Positions 1 through 10,390 are shown, numbered from the stretch's first letter. The stretch: 64,000 bases of DNA from an uncultured Gemmatimonadaceae bacterium (GCA_963822945.1 CAWGJO010000024.1:32001-96000), one strand, 5' to 3'. Made by a program: numbers and translations. The notes: generated by a model from the sequence alone, not told the origin.

Positions 1-184
1 GTTCGCGCAGCAGGCGCGCCGTGAGATCGGCCGGTGCCTTCAAGCCCTTGGCCGTGGCGAATTCCGCGAGCCGGCCGACGTCACGCGCGTACGCCTCCCG
101 CGTGGGAGGCGAGGATCCCTTCTCGAGCGACAGGTAGTCGGCGAAGCGCTCGAGCAGGAAGCCGCGCGCGATCGCGTCGTCCAT
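1..184 (-). CDS. xerD: Tyrosine recombinase XerD/XerC, N-terminal part (runs off the window edge)
   Basis: Manual translation MDDAIARGFLLERFADYLSLEKGSSPPTREAYARDV matches the Xer N-terminal SAM-like domain. Its ATG overlaps the DedA stop (TGATG). XerD versus XerC cannot be settled from this fragment. Confidence 0.7.
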   Translation of the reverse strand, partial: MDDAIARGFLLERFADYLSLEKGSSPPTREAYARDVGRLAEFATAKGLKAPADLTARLLRE

Positions 185-792
185 CAGCGATTGCGCCGGC
201 GGAGGAGAACGGCCGTCACGAGCCCGAGCACCAGCACCGCCGCGACGGCCGCCGCGGTGCCACCGTCCCGCGAGAGCGCACGCACCAGCGCCGGCCAGTC
301 GGCGCCGAGGGTGAACCCCACGTAGCTCACGGTGCCGTACCAGATGGCGGAGGCACTCCCGATGAGCAGGGCGGCGGTGAACGCCGGAACGCGCAGCGCG
401 CCGGCGAACGGCGGGACGAGCGCCCGCACGCCGGGGATGAAGCGCCCCAGGAACAGCGCGGCGAGCCCGAACCGTCCGTAGTAGTCGCTCAGCCTGTCCT
501 CGAGCTGCTCGGCCCGCTTGCCGAGCAGCCGCCGCTCCAGGCGATCCGCGCCGTACCGACGGCCGAGGGCATAGATGATCATCGCGCCGGCGACGTTGCC
601 TACCCAGACGGACAGGAACGACACCCACGCGGACCCGTGGCCGCGCGCGGCGAGGAAGCTGCCGAAGGCCACCACGCTGTCGGCCGGGAGCGGCGGGAAG
701 ACGTTCTCGGCGGCGGCGGTAGCCGCCAGGATCAGGTAGAGGGCGGTGAGCGGAAGAGCGCCCACCCAGTCCAGGAACGGCGTGAGGCCCAC
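184..792 (-). CDS. DedA/SNARE-associated family membrane protein
   Basis: ENVFPPLPAD, GNVAGAMIIYALGR and LFLGRFIPGVR are DedA motifs; hydrophobic protein. Confidence 0.9.
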   Translation of the reverse strand: MGLTPFLDWVGALPLTALYLILAATAAAENVFPPLPADSVVAFGSFLAARGHGSAWVSFLSVWVGNVAGAMIIYALGRRYGADRLERRLLGKRAEQLEDRLSDYYGRFGLAALFLGRFIPGVRALVPPFAGALRVPAFTAALLIGSASAIWYGTVSYVGFTLGADWPALVRALSRDGGTAAAVAAVLVLGLVTAVLLRRRNR

Positions 793-796
793 GAGC

Positions 797-1276
797 TCAC
801 GTCCGGGGAACGACGGTGGCGGTGGCCAGACAGGCGAGCCCCTCGCCGCGCCCGATCCAGCCCATGCCTTCGTTGGTCTTCCCCTTGATGCTCACATCGG
901 CGGTGCCCACTTCCAGCGCCTCGGCCAGGCACTCGCGCATCGCATCCCGGTGGGGGCCCACCCGCGGGTATTCGGCCACCACGGTGATGTCCACCTGCTG
1001 CACGCGCCAGCCCGCGGCGTGTACGCGGGCCAGTGCCGCGCGCAACATGTCTATTGAGTCGCGGTTCTCGTTGGCCGGGTCGTGGTCCGGATACATCTGG
1101 CCGATGTCGCCGAGCGCCGCGGCGCCGAGGATGGCGTCGGTGACCGCGTGGGCGACGGCGTCGCCGTCGGAATGGCCGGCCAGCCGGACGTCGCTCTCGA
1201 TGGTCACCCCGCCCAGGATCATCGGTCCGGGGGGCGCGAAGCGATGCGAGTCGTATCCGATGCCGATTCTGGTCAT
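797..1276 (-). CDS. ispF: 2-C-methyl-D-erythritol 2,4-cyclodiphosphate synthase
   Basis: RIGIGYDSHRF, GHSDGDAVAHAVTDAILGA, GDIG, KGKTNEGMG. Confidence 0.97.
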   Translation of the reverse strand: MTRIGIGYDSHRFAPPGPMILGGVTIESDVRLAGHSDGDAVAHAVTDAILGAAALGDIGQMYPDHDPANENRDSIDMLRAALARVHAAGWRVQQVDITVVAEYPRVGPHRDAMRECLAEALEVGTADVSIKGKTNEGMGWIGRGEGLACLATATVVPRT

Positions 1277-1330
1277 GACGATGGTGCTCCGCGGAGAGCC
1301 CTCCGCCGGAAGCGAGCCGCCGGCGGGCCG

Positions 1331-2365
1331 CTAGGCGGCCGCGCTGGCCGCGAGGGGCACGATGGAATAGTCCTGGCGGCGGCGGGCCGGCGTGAACCCG
1401 GCGTCGCGGATCAGGCGCTCCATCTCCGCCGTCGTGGTGCGGAAGGTGGTGTTGGCCGCCGACACGACGTTCTCCTCGATCATCAGCGAACCGAAGTCGT
1501 TGGCTCCGAACCGCAGCGCGAGCTGGCCGATCTTCATGCCCATGGTCACCCAACTCGCCTGGAGGTTGGGCACGTTGTCGAGCACGAGGCGGGCCATGGC
1601 GAGCGTGCGCAGGTAGTCCACCGCGTCGGTCTTGGGCATGTGCGACATCTCGGGCGTGTTCTCGGGCTGGAGTGGCCAGCAGATGAACGCCGTGAAGCCG
1701 TTGGTGCGGGCCTGCACCTCGCGCACGCGCTGCAGGTGCTCGATGCGCTCGGCCAGCGTCTCGCCGATGCCGTACATCATCGTGACCGAGGTCTTCATCC
1801 CCTCCTGGTGCGCCATCTCCATGATGTCCAGCCAGCGATCGGCGCCGGCCTTCTTGCGCGCCACCTGGTCGCGGACGCGCTGGACGAGAATCTCACCGCC
1901 CCCGCCCGGGATCGAATCGAGCCCCGCCTTCATCAACTCGCGGATCACGTCGCGCGCGTCCATCCGGAACAGCTTGGCGAAAAAGTCCACCTCGCTGGGG
2001 CTGAAGCCATGGATGTGGATGGGATGGTACTTCTTGATGTAGCGCAGGAGGTCGAGGTACCACTCGAAGGGGATGTACGGGTTGTGCCCGCCCTGCATGA
2101 GGATCTGGATGGCGCCCAGTTCCTTGGCCTCGTCGATCTTGGCACCGATCTGCTCGTACGACAGCGTCCAGCCCTCGGCGTGCTTGGGCCGTCGGTAGAA
2201 CGCGCAGAATCCACAGTCGGCCACGCAGACATTGGTGTAGTTGATGTTGCGGTCGACGATGAACGTCACCACGTCGTCGGGGTGCTTCTCGCGGCGAACG
2301 CGATCGGCTTCGGCCCCCAGTTCGAGGAGCGGCGCGTTGGTGTAGAAATCGAGGAGGTCGCGCAT
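1331..2365 (-). CDS. mqnC: Cyclic dehypoxanthine futalosine synthase (radical SAM)
   Basis: VDRNINYTNVCVADCGFCAF, ILMQGGHNP, GANDFGSLMIEENVV. Start trimmed to MRDLLDFY; next to mqnA/mqnE. Confidence 0.92.
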   Translation of the reverse strand: MRDLLDFYTNAPLLELGAEADRVRREKHPDDVVTFIVDRNINYTNVCVADCGFCAFYRRPKHAEGWTLSYEQIGAKIDEAKELGAIQILMQGGHNPYIPFEWYLDLLRYIKKYHPIHIHGFSPSEVDFFAKLFRMDARDVIRELMKAGLDSIPGGGGEILVQRVRDQVARKKAGADRWLDIMEMAHQEGMKTSVTMMYGIGETLAERIEHLQRVREVQARTNGFTAFICWPLQPENTPEMSHMPKTDAVDYLRTLAMARLVLDNVPNLQASWVTMGMKIGQLALRFGANDFGSLMIEENVVSAANTTFRTTTAEMERLIRDAGFTPARRRQDYSIVPLAASAAA

Positions 2366-2376
2366 GACGATACCTG

Positions 2377-3234
2377 CTACGCTGCGGGGAGGAAGCTGAG
2401 CGAGCCGTCGGGGACGCGCCCGGCCGCCACCAGGCGGCGGAAGAATTCCGTGAGACCGGCCAGGTGCCGGTAGGAGAGCCGGTAGTCGAGGCCGGAGAGA
2501 TATTCGAGGCAGTCGGGCCGGGCGACGCCGGTGGCGAGCGACGCCTGCGCGGCGAGCGCATCGAGGTGTTCGAGGCCCCAGTTCCGTGACGTGATGAGCC
2601 GCCCGTGTACGGCCAGCGCGTCCTGCACGTCTGAGCTGCGCTGGGCCACCCACACCGCGAATACGAACGGGAGGCCGGTCCAGGCCTTCCATTCGGCGCC
2701 CAGGTCGTAGGCGTGCCGGTAGTCGGCGCGAGGCGCGATGGCGTCGGCCGCGCCCTCGCCGAGACGCGAATTGAGCAGCAACGCGGCGTCGCCGATCACG
2801 AGCCGGGCATCGTGGTCATCATGGCCGAAGGCCCCGATGTCGGACATCTCGGCGTCGGCGGGCACGAACTGCGGCTTGGCCTGCCACACGTGTTCGAAGA
2901 GCAGTTCGAGGAGGGCGACGCTGGTCATCGAGCTGCGGCTCACCAGCACCCGGCGTCCGCCGAGTTCGTGGGCCGGGCGCTTGGAGAACATCATCACGCT
3001 GCGCACCGGGCCGTCGCTGGTGATCGCGAGGTCGGGGAGCAGCAGGTAGCGCGGCGCGTCGGCGGCGTACTCCACGGCCGAGATGACGCTGACGTCGAGC
3101 GTCCCGTCGCGCATCATGCGATTGAGCGTGGTGGGCACGCCGTCCACGAGTTCGCCGTCGAGCGGCACGATGCCGCGGTCGATGGCCCCGTACACCGGGT
3201 AGCAGTTGATGTAGGGGATGCGACCGATGCGCAT
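2377..3234 (-). CDS. mqnA: Chorismate dehydratase (futalosine pathway)
   Basis: RIGRIPYINCYP, GPVRSV, SMTSVALL, LVIGDAAL, DLGAEWKAWTGLPFVFAVW. Confidence 0.93.
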   Translation of the reverse strand: MRIGRIPYINCYPVYGAIDRGIVPLDGELVDGVPTTLNRMMRDGTLDVSVISAVEYAADAPRYLLLPDLAITSDGPVRSVMMFSKRPAHELGGRRVLVSRSSMTSVALLELLFEHVWQAKPQFVPADAEMSDIGAFGHDDHDARLVIGDAALLLNSRLGEGAADAIAPRADYRHAYDLGAEWKAWTGLPFVFAVWVAQRSSDVQDALAVHGRLITSRNWGLEHLDALAAQASLATGVARPDCLEYLSGLDYRLSYRHLAGLTEFFRRLVAAGRVPDGSLSFLPAA

Positions 3235-4416
3235 CTAGGCCGCCTGGTGCGCGGCGGCCACGTGTGCGTCGTCGTAGGTGCGCACCACGTTGTAGAACGA
3301 ATCGCGCTCGACGGGGATCTTGCCGGCGCCGCGGATGAGGCCCAGCAGGCCGTCGAGCGCCATGGCCTGCGCCGTGTGCGCGCCGGCCTCGTGGTAGATC
3401 TTCTCGTGCACCATGGTCCCTTCCATGTCGTTGACGCCGAAGTGCAGCGAGGCCTGCGACAGGAAGGGGGTGACCATCACCCAGTGGGTCTTCATGTGGG
3501 GGATGTTGTCGAGATACAGGCGTCCGACGGCCAGGTTGCGCAGGTCGTCGAACCCCGACGTCGCGGTGCCCAGCCGGTGCAGCGTCTCGCCGAGCTCGTT
3601 GTTGTCGGGGTGGTAGGCCAGCGGGATGTAGGCCAGGAACCCGCCCGTCTCGCTCTGCAGATCGCGCAGCATCGAGAGGTGGTTGATGCGATCCTCGTCG
3701 GTCTCCACATGCCCGTACAGCATGGTGCAGTTGGTGCGGATGCCCAACGCATGGGCCTCGCGGTGGACGCCGATCCACTCGTCGCCGGCGAGCTTCTTGT
3801 CGGCGATCGTGGCGCGGACACCGGGGCTGAACACCTCGGCCCCCCCGCCGGGCATCGTGTCGAGGCCTGCCTCACGCAATGCCACCAGCACCTCCCGCAC
3901 CGACATCTTCTCGATGCGCGCGATATGCGCGATCTCCACCGCCGTGAGCGCCTTGATGTGCACCTGCGGGTGCCGCGCCTTGAGGGCGCGGAACATCTCG
4001 GCGTAGTACGCCAGCCCGGCCTGCATGTCGAGCCCACCCACGATGTGGAATTCGCGGGTCAGCGTGGTGTTCGCCTCGTCCGATTCGGCGAGCACCTGGT
4101 CGAGCGTGTAGCGGTAGGCGCCGTCCTCCTTGGGCAGCCGGGCGTACGAACAGAACACGCACGTCTTGCGGAGGATGCAGATGTTGGTGGGGTTGATGTG
4201 CTGGTTGGCGGCGAACATGACGCGGTCGCCGTGCATGGCGCGGTTGCGCGCGTCGGCGAGCGTGCCCAGGCCCAGCAGGTCGGGCGTGCGGAACAGGGTC
4301 AGGCCGTCCTCGCGGGTCAGGCGCTCGCCCCGCTCCACCTTGTCGGCGATGGGCTGCAGCGCCGGATCGGTGAGGCGGCCGCGTTCGACGACGGGGGTGG
4401 ACGTCACGGGGGTCAC
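3235..4416 (-). CDS. mqnE: Aminodeoxyfutalosine synthase (radical SAM)
   Basis: HINPTNICILRKTCVFCSY, EFHIVGG, MPGGGAEVF, EKIYHEAGA. GTG start overlaps the fabF stop (GTGA). Confidence 0.92.
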   Translation of the reverse strand: MTPVTSTPVVERGRLTDPALQPIADKVERGERLTREDGLTLFRTPDLLGLGTLADARNRAMHGDRVMFAANQHINPTNICILRKTCVFCSYARLPKEDGAYRYTLDQVLAESDEANTTLTREFHIVGGLDMQAGLAYYAEMFRALKARHPQVHIKALTAVEIAHIARIEKMSVREVLVALREAGLDTMPGGGAEVFSPGVRATIADKKLAGDEWIGVHREAHALGIRTNCTMLYGHVETDEDRINHLSMLRDLQSETGGFLAYIPLAYHPDNNELGETLHRLGTATSGFDDLRNLAVGRLYLDNIPHMKTHWVMVTPFLSQASLHFGVNDMEGTMVHEKIYHEAGAHTAQAMALDGLLGLIRGAGKIPVERDSFYNVVRTYDDAHVAAAHQAA

Positions 4417-5660
4417 TCCTCCCACTTCCGGACGGCGAGGGTCACGTTGTGCCCCCCGAATCCGAAGTTGTTGCTCAACGCCGTCCGGATCTCGCGCTTC
4501 ACCGCCTGGTTGGGAGTGCAGTTGAGCGTGATGGCCGGATCGGGCGTCTCGTAATTGATGGTCGGCGGGACGACGCCGTCGCGCGCGGCGAGCGTCGTGA
4601 TGATGAATTCCACGGCGCCGGCCGCCCCGAGCATGTGGCCGGTGGCCGACTTGGTGGAGCTGATGTTGATGCCCCCCACGTGCTCGCCGAAGACACTGGT
4701 GATGGCCTGGGTCTCCGCCACGTCGCCCGCCGGCGTCGAGGTGCCGTGGGCATTGATGTACTGGACGTCGGCGGTGGTGATCCCGGCATCGCGTAGTGCC
4801 CGGCGCATGGCGCGCTGCGCGCCCTCGCCGTCCGGGGCCGGCGCCGTGAGATGATGCGCGTCGGCGGTGGCTCCGTAGCCCACGATCTCGCCATAGATGG
4901 TCGCGCCGCGAGCCCGCGCGTGCTCCAGTTCCTCCAGCACCACCACGCCGCACCCCTCGCCCATGACGAATCCGTCGCGCGTCAGGTCGAACGGACGGGA
5001 GGCCGTGGCCGGCGAGTCGTTCCGCTCGGAGAGCGCCTTCATATTTGCGAACCCCCCGATAGCCATCGGCGTGACCGTGGCCTCGGCGCCGCCGCTGATC
5101 ATCACGTCGGCGTCGCCGTACTGGATGGTCCGGTAGGCTTCCCCGATGGCGTGGGCGCCGGTGGAACAGGCGCTGACCGTGGCGAAGTTGGGACCGCGCG
5201 CCCGGAAGCGCATGGAGACCAGCCCCGCCGCGATGTCGGCGATGAACATCGGAATGAAGAACGGGCTGATCTTGCCCGCTCCGCGCTCCCGGTACTGATC
5301 GTGCTGCTCCTCGAAGCTCTTCAATCCGCCGATGCCGCTGCCGAGGATCACGCCGGTGCGTTCCCCGAGCGCGTCATCGAGCTCGCCGCCGAACCCCGCG
5401 CACCGCATCGCCTGTACCGCGCCGGCGATGGCGTATTGCGAATACTGGTCGGCCCGCTTCGCCTCCTTCCGGTCCATGTACTGGAGCGGATCGAAGTCCT
5501 TCACCTCGCACGCGAACCGCACGGGGAACGTGGAGGCATCGAACTTCGTGATCGGCGCCGCGCCCGATTGCCCGCCGAGCAGCGCGCGCCATGTCGTCGC
5601 CACGTCGTTGCCGACTGGCGTGACCATCCCCAGGCCGGTGACGACGACCCGACGTGTCAT
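4413..5660 (-). CDS. fabF: Beta-ketoacyl-ACP synthase II
   Basis: RRVVVTGLG, TVSACSTG, INAHGTST, KSATGHMLGAAG, NNFGFGGHN. Confidence 0.97.
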   Translation of the reverse strand: MTRRVVVTGLGMVTPVGNDVATTWRALLGGQSGAAPITKFDASTFPVRFACEVKDFDPLQYMDRKEAKRADQYSQYAIAGAVQAMRCAGFGGELDDALGERTGVILGSGIGGLKSFEEQHDQYRERGAGKISPFFIPMFIADIAAGLVSMRFRARGPNFATVSACSTGAHAIGEAYRTIQYGDADVMISGGAEATVTPMAIGGFANMKALSERNDSPATASRPFDLTRDGFVMGEGCGVVVLEELEHARARGATIYGEIVGYGATADAHHLTAPAPDGEGAQRAMRRALRDAGITTADVQYINAHGTSTPAGDVAETQAITSVFGEHVGGINISSTKSATGHMLGAAGAVEFIITTLAARDGVVPPTINYETPDPAITLNCTPNQAVKREIRTALSNNFGFGGHNVTLAVRKWEE

Positions 5661-5899
5661 CAACCGCTGACCTTCTGGTTCAGGTAGCCGACGGCGTCAC
5701 CCACGGTGCGGAGCTTCTCGGCATCCTCGTCCGGGATGTCGATGTTGAACTCCTTCTCGAACTCCATCACCAGCTCGACGATGTCGAGGCTGTCCGCGCC
5801 GAGGTCCTCGATGAAGCTCGCTTCGTCGGTGAGCTTCTCGCGCTCTACCCCGAGTTCCTTCTCGATGATATCGCGAACCTTCTGTGCGTTGTCCGCCAT
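5660..5899 (-). CDS. acpP: Acyl carrier protein
   Basis: [25 protein letters not shown] upstream. Confidence 0.98.
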   Translation of the reverse strand: MADNAQKVRDIIEKELGVEREKLTDEASFIEDLGADSLDIVELVMEFEKEFNIDIPDEDAEKLRTVGDAVGYLNQKVSG

Positions 5900-5936
5900 G
5901 GGATGTGGCTCTCCTTGAAAGGTGTGTAAACGCTGT

Positions 5937-5966
5937 AATCTATCAGCCGAGATTGGCCGTTGTCAG
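5937..5966 (-). promoter_or_regulatory. Putative internal sigma70 promoter for acpP-fabF
   Basis: Minus strand CTGACA-N18-TAGATT with TGn before the -10, in an AT-rich gap. Confidence 0.55.
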
Positions 5967-6704
5967 TCACATAACCATGCCGCCGTCGACCACGAACACC
6001 TGCCCCGTGATGTAGCCGGCATGCTCCGAGGCCAGAAAGGTCACCACCCCCGCGATGTCCGCCGGGGTCCCCAGCCGCTCCAAGGGTATCTGCTGAGACA
6101 GGGCGGTCCGGGCCTCGGCGGTCATCGCCGCGGTCATTTCGGTCTCGATGAACCCCGGGGCGACCACGTTGGCCAGTACGTTCCGGGAGGCCAGTTCCTT
6201 GGCCACCGACTTGGTGAGGCCCAGCAGCCCTGCCTTGCTGGCGGCGTAGTTGGCCTGGCCCTTGTTGCCCACCAGCCCCACCACACTCGAGATGTTGATG
6301 ATCCGCCCCCACCGCCGCTTCATCATGCCCCGCGCGGCCGCCCGGATGGCGGCGAAGGCCCCCCGCAGGTTGGCGTTGAGCACCGCGTCCCAGTCGTCGT
6401 CCTTGAGGCGGAAGAGCACGTTGTCGCGGGTGATCCCGGCGTTGTTCACCAGGATGTCGAGCGTGCCGAATTCCGTCTCTACCGCGCTCACGAGCGCCGC
6501 CACCGAGGCCGGGTCGCCCACGTCGCAGGCGAATCCCCTGGCCGTGGGAGCGATCGCCGCCGCGGCCTCCTGGGCCCGGCCCTGGTCGCGCCCCGCCACC
6601 GCCACCGTGGCCCCGCTGGCGGCCAGCGTCTCGGCGATCGCGCGGCCGATGCCGCGGGTACTTCCCGTCACCAGCGCCACCCGCCCGGTGAGATCGATGT
6701 TCAT
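5967..6704 (-). CDS. fabG: 3-oxoacyl-ACP reductase
   Basis: TGSTRGIG, NNAGITRD, GQANYAASK; ATGA overlap with fabD. Confidence 0.96.
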   Translation of the reverse strand: MNIDLTGRVALVTGSTRGIGRAIAETLAASGATVAVAGRDQGRAQEAAAAIAPTARGFACDVGDPASVAALVSAVETEFGTLDILVNNAGITRDNVLFRLKDDDWDAVLNANLRGAFAAIRAAARGMMKRRWGRIINISSVVGLVGNKGQANYAASKAGLLGLTKSVAKELASRNVLANVVAPGFIETEMTAAMTAEARTALSQQIPLERLGTPADIAGVVTFLASEHAGYITGQVFVVDGGMVM

Positions 6705-7642
6705 GACGCGGCCAGCTCCGTGAGCTTCTGGATGTCGGCGGGGGTGCCGCAGCTCATGGACCGGAGCTGCGGCGCGATCTTCTTCAGCAGGCCCACGAGC
6801 ACCGAACCCGGGCCCAATTCCAGGAACGTTGCCTCGGGGAACGCGGCGGCCATCGCCAGCACCTCGTCGGTCCACCGGACGGGACTCGTGAGCTGCTTGA
6901 GGAGCAGTTCCCGCGCCCGTCCGGCAGACGTGCCGGCATCGGCCGTCACGTTGGAGTATACCGGGAACTCGGCGTCCGTAAACCCAGCGCTGTCAAGCGC
7001 CTGTGACAGTCCGTCTAAAGCCGTTTCCATGAGCGGCGAGTGAAACGCCCCGCTCACGTTCAGCTTGATGGCCCGCTTGGCGCCGAACTCCTTGGCCAGC
7101 GCCATGGCTCGCTCCACGCCGGCCGGTTCTCCGCTGATCACGACCTGTCCGGGGGAGTTGTAGTTCGCCGGAACGACCAGGCCCGCTTCATCGGTGGCCC
7201 GCTCGCAGAGGGCGGCGATCGGTTCGATGGGGTCGCCGAGGATGGCCGCCATTGCTCCCGGGCGGGCGACCCCGCTCTCGTACATCAGTTCACCACGCCG
7301 ACGGACCAGCCGGGCGGCGGCCCCGAGGTCGAGGGCGCCGGCGGCGTGATAGGCGGTGAACTCACCGAGCGAATGCCCGGCGGCCGCGCGCACGCGGCCG
7401 GCGAGAGCCTCGCGCACCACCGCCCACACGGCCGCGCCGTGCGCCAGCAGCGCCGGTTGCGCGTTGTGCGTGAGCGTCAGTTCGTCGGCCGGCCCCTCGA
7501 AGCAGAGCGTGCTCAGGCTGACGCCGAGGGCGTCGTCGACACGCTGGAAGGCGTCGCGAGCGGCGGGAAAGGCAGCGGCGAGGTCCTTCCCCATCCCGGG
7601 AGCCTGGGAGCCCTGCCCTGGAAAGAGGAGAACGAATTCCAT
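6701..7642 (-). CDS. fabD: Malonyl-CoA:ACP transacylase
   Basis: FPGQGSQ, GHSLGE, VSGAFHSPLM. Confidence 0.97.
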   Translation of the reverse strand: MEFVLLFPGQGSQAPGMGKDLAAAFPAARDAFQRVDDALGVSLSTLCFEGPADELTLTHNAQPALLAHGAAVWAVVREALAGRVRAAAGHSLGEFTAYHAAGALDLGAAARLVRRRGELMYESGVARPGAMAAILGDPIEPIAALCERATDEAGLVVPANYNSPGQVVISGEPAGVERAMALAKEFGAKRAIKLNVSGAFHSPLMETALDGLSQALDSAGFTDAEFPVYSNVTADAGTSAGRARELLLKQLTSPVRWTDEVLAMAAAFPEATFLELGPGSVLVGLLKKIAPQLRSMSCGTPADIQKLTELAAS

Positions 7643-7644
7643 GG

Positions 7645-8634
7645 TCAGAAGCGCAGAATCATCGAGCCCCACGTGAAGCCGGCGCCGAACCCGACGAGCA
7701 GCACCGTGCTTCCTTCCTTTACCCGCCCGGTCTCGATCGCTTCATCGAGGGCGATCGGAATCGACGCCGACGACGTGTTGCCGTAGCGGTCCACGTTCAC
7801 GTAGACCTTGTCCATCGGCATGTTGGCGTGCTTGGCGGTGGCCTCGATGATCCGGTTGTTGGCCTGGTGCGGGATCAGCAGATCGATGTCGGCACTGGTG
7901 AGCTTGGCGGCATCGAGCACGCGATCGCAGGCATCGGCCATCGACCGCACGGCGTGCTTGAACACCTCGCGGCCGGCCATCTTCACGTAGAAGCTGCGAT
8001 CGTCGAGCACCTGCTGGTCGAACGGGTGCGCCGCGCCGCCCGCGGGCCGGTAGAGGAGATTGGCCAGGGAGCCGTCGCTGCGGATGTAGGTGCCGAGGAC
8101 CCCGCGCGTCCCGTCGGCGGGCTTCACCACCGCCGCCCCCGCCCCGTCGCCGAACAGGACGCAGGTGGCGCGGTCCGTCCAGTCGATGATCGAACTCATC
8201 CGCTCGGCGCCGACCACGAGGACCGTTTCCGCCGATCCCGCGGCGATCATGCCTTCGGCCACCGTGGTGCCGTAGACGAACCCCGAGCAGGCGGCGCTGA
8301 TGTCGAACGCCGCGGCCCGCGTGGCTCCCAACTCGGCCTGGAGATCCACCGCCGTGGACGGCAACAGGCGGTCGGTGGTGGCGGTGCTGAGCACGATGGC
8401 GTCGATGTCACCGGCGTGCACCCCGGCGCGCTCCATGGCCTGGCGGGCGGCCGTGGCGGCCATGCTGCACGTGGTCTCTCCGGCGGCGGCGATGTGTCGT
8501 TCCCGGATGCCGGTGCGCCCGACGATCCACTCGTCCGAGGTCTCGATGCCGATGGCGGCGAAGTCGTGGTTCGTCATGACCCGGTCGGGCACGCCACGGC
8601 CGGTGCCGGCGAAGTAGGCGATGGGGCGCTTCAT
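7645..8634 (-). CDS. fabH: Beta-ketoacyl-ACP synthase III
   Basis: AACSGF, PHQAN, GNTSSAS, GFGAGFTWG. Confidence 0.97.
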   Translation of the reverse strand: MKRPIAYFAGTGRGVPDRVMTNHDFAAIGIETSDEWIVGRTGIRERHIAAAGETTCSMAATAARQAMERAGVHAGDIDAIVLSTATTDRLLPSTAVDLQAELGATRAAAFDISAACSGFVYGTTVAEGMIAAGSAETVLVVGAERMSSIIDWTDRATCVLFGDGAGAAVVKPADGTRGVLGTYIRSDGSLANLLYRPAGGAAHPFDQQVLDDRSFYVKMAGREVFKHAVRSMADACDRVLDAAKLTSADIDLLIPHQANNRIIEATAKHANMPMDKVYVNVDRYGNTSSASIPIALDEAIETGRVKEGSTVLLVGFGAGFTWGSMILRF

Positions 8635-9656
8635 GCCGCGGCTCCGTCGGCCGATGCCGCGTTCAGGCGCTTGCTGATGTGCTCGTCGAGCCGGTTCTCC
8701 ACGGCCTGCACGGCCGCCTTGATGGCGTTCTTGATTGCGCGCGGCGACGAGCGCCCATGGCAGATGATGCTCACGCCGCGCACCCCGAGCAGGGGCGCGC
8801 CGCCGTATTCCGAATAGTCCAACTGCCGGAGTGCGGCGGTGATGCGGTCCTGTTCGATGCCCGCCTTCACCAGAAGTCCGATCATCAGCGGCGCTACTCC
8901 TTCGTAGAATTTGAGGAGCACGTTGCCCACGAAGCCGTCGCAGACGACGACGTCGATGGGGCCATGGTGATTGTGCCCGGCCGGCAGGTCGCGTCCCTCC
9001 ACGTTGCCGGCAAAGTGCAGGCCCGACTGTGCGAGCAGGGCGTGGGTTTCCTTGGACACGGCATCTCCCTTCTCGGGCTCCTCGCCGATGTTGAGCAGCC
9101 CGACGGCGGGATGCTCACGGCCCAGAATGTCGTGCGCGTACACGCTGCCGAGTCGCGCGAACTGCACGAGCTCGGCGGCCGAGCAATCGACGTTGGCGCC
9201 CGAGTCGAGCACGACGACGGCCTGCTGGGCCGTGGGGAAGACGGTCGCGATGGCCGGCCGCTTGACGCCGTCGTGCATGCGGAGCAGCACCATGGAGGCG
9301 GCCATCTGGGCCCCGGTGTTGCCGGCCGAGACGAACGCGTCGCACTGCCCTTCGGCATGCAGCCGCAGGCCCACCATCATCGAGCTGTTGGGTTTGCCGC
9401 GGATGGCGGCGCTGGGCTTTTCCGCCATGGCGATGACGTCCGGCGCTTCCACGACGTGCAGGCGCGCGCGATGCGCGGCGAGCCCGGCGTGCTCGCCGCG
9501 CAGCACCTCATCGAGCGTCTGCTCGATGAGTGCCGAGGGTCCCACGAGGTGGATCGAGTGTGCGGGATCGAGCTCGGCGGCTGCGAGGAGCGCTCCGGTG
9601 ACGGTCGCGCGTGGGGCGTGATCGCCCCCCATCGCGTCCAACGCGATCCGCGCCAA
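8631..9656 (-). CDS. plsX: Phosphate acyltransferase PlsX
   Basis: RIALDAMGGDHAP, SAGNTGA, LNIGEE, CHGRS. Confidence 0.97.
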   Translation of the reverse strand: MARIALDAMGGDHAPRATVTGALLAAAELDPAHSIHLVGPSALIEQTLDEVLRGEHAGLAAHRARLHVVEAPDVIAMAEKPSAAIRGKPNSSMMVGLRLHAEGQCDAFVSAGNTGAQMAASMVLLRMHDGVKRPAIATVFPTAQQAVVVLDSGANVDCSAAELVQFARLGSVYAHDILGREHPAVGLLNIGEEPEKGDAVSKETHALLAQSGLHFAGNVEGRDLPAGHNHHGPIDVVVCDGFVGNVLLKFYEGVAPLMIGLLVKAGIEQDRITAALRQLDYSEYGGAPLLGVRGVSIICHGRSSPRAIKNAIKAAVQAVENRLDEHISKRLNAASADGAAA

Positions 9657-9658
9657 GA

Positions 9659-9841
9659 TCAGGCTTCCCTGGCGGCGACTCGCTGCTTACCGGCGTAGTA
9701 TCCGCACTCGTCGCACACGCGGTGCGGGCGCTTCATCGCCTGGCAGCGGGGGCACTTCTGCAGGGCGATCGGCGCCGCCTTCTTGTGCGTGTTGCGGGCG
9801 CGCTTCTTGCGCTTGGAGGTTCTGCGTTTCGGGACGGCCAT
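9659..9841 (-). CDS. rpmF: 50S ribosomal protein L32 (Zn-ribbon form)
   Basis: MAVPKRRTSK, CPRC...HRVCDECGYY. Confidence 0.98.
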   Translation of the reverse strand: MAVPKRRTSKRKKRARNTHKKAAPIALQKCPRCQAMKRPHRVCDECGYYAGKQRVAAREA

Positions 9842-9877
9842 GGCTCGATGGGAATCGGTGAAAGTCTGGTAATACGG

Positions 9878-10390
9878 CTAATTGCTCGGAGTGGAATCGA
9901 GTTTGCGCAGCGCATCCCACCGGGAATCGCCGGCGGGCGGACAGCTGCACGGACCCGCGTTGAGATCGGCCCCGCAGGTGGGACAGTAGCCCTTGCAGTC
10001 TTCACGACAGAGCGCGTAGGCCGGCGCGTTCAGCACCCACAGTTCCCGGACGGCCGGACGCAAATCCAATTCCTTGTCCCGAGGGCCGAACGTGTACACG
10101 TCCGGGTCATCGGCTTCTTCATCGCCGGTTGGGGCGAAGATGAGGTGCGCTTCATCCTCCACCACCACCGACGTCTCGGTCAAACAACGGCGGCACGGCA
10201 GCACCGCGGTACCCGCGATGCGACCGTGCCAGTAGAATCGCCCCGCCCCGGCCGCCGAGAGACGGCCCGTGACGTGTACGACTCCGTTCGGCACCGCGTC
10301 ACCGTGTTCCCAGATCGGATCGTCGGCCGCCAGCTCGCCATCGACCTGGACAGCTTGGGACTCGAGTTCGCGGATGTCAAAGGACAGCAT
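9878..10390 (-). CDS. yceD: YceD/DUF177 family protein
   Basis: CRRCL, LCREDCKGYCPTCGADLN, DSRWDAL; canonical position before rpmF. Confidence 0.92.
   Translation of the reverse strand: MLSFDIRELESQAVQVDGELAADDPIWEHGDAVPNGVVHVTGRLSAAGAGRFYWHGRIAGTAVLPCRRCLTETSVVVEDEAHLIFAPTGDEEADDPDVYTFGPRDKELDLRPAVRELWVLNAPAYALCREDCKGYCPTCGADLNAGPCSCPPAGDSRWDALRKLDSTPSN

Noticed and set aside
1..184. Integrase marking a mobile element
   Set aside because: The gene is coupled to housekeeping genes and looks like chromosomal Xer. No att site or cargo genes are visible.
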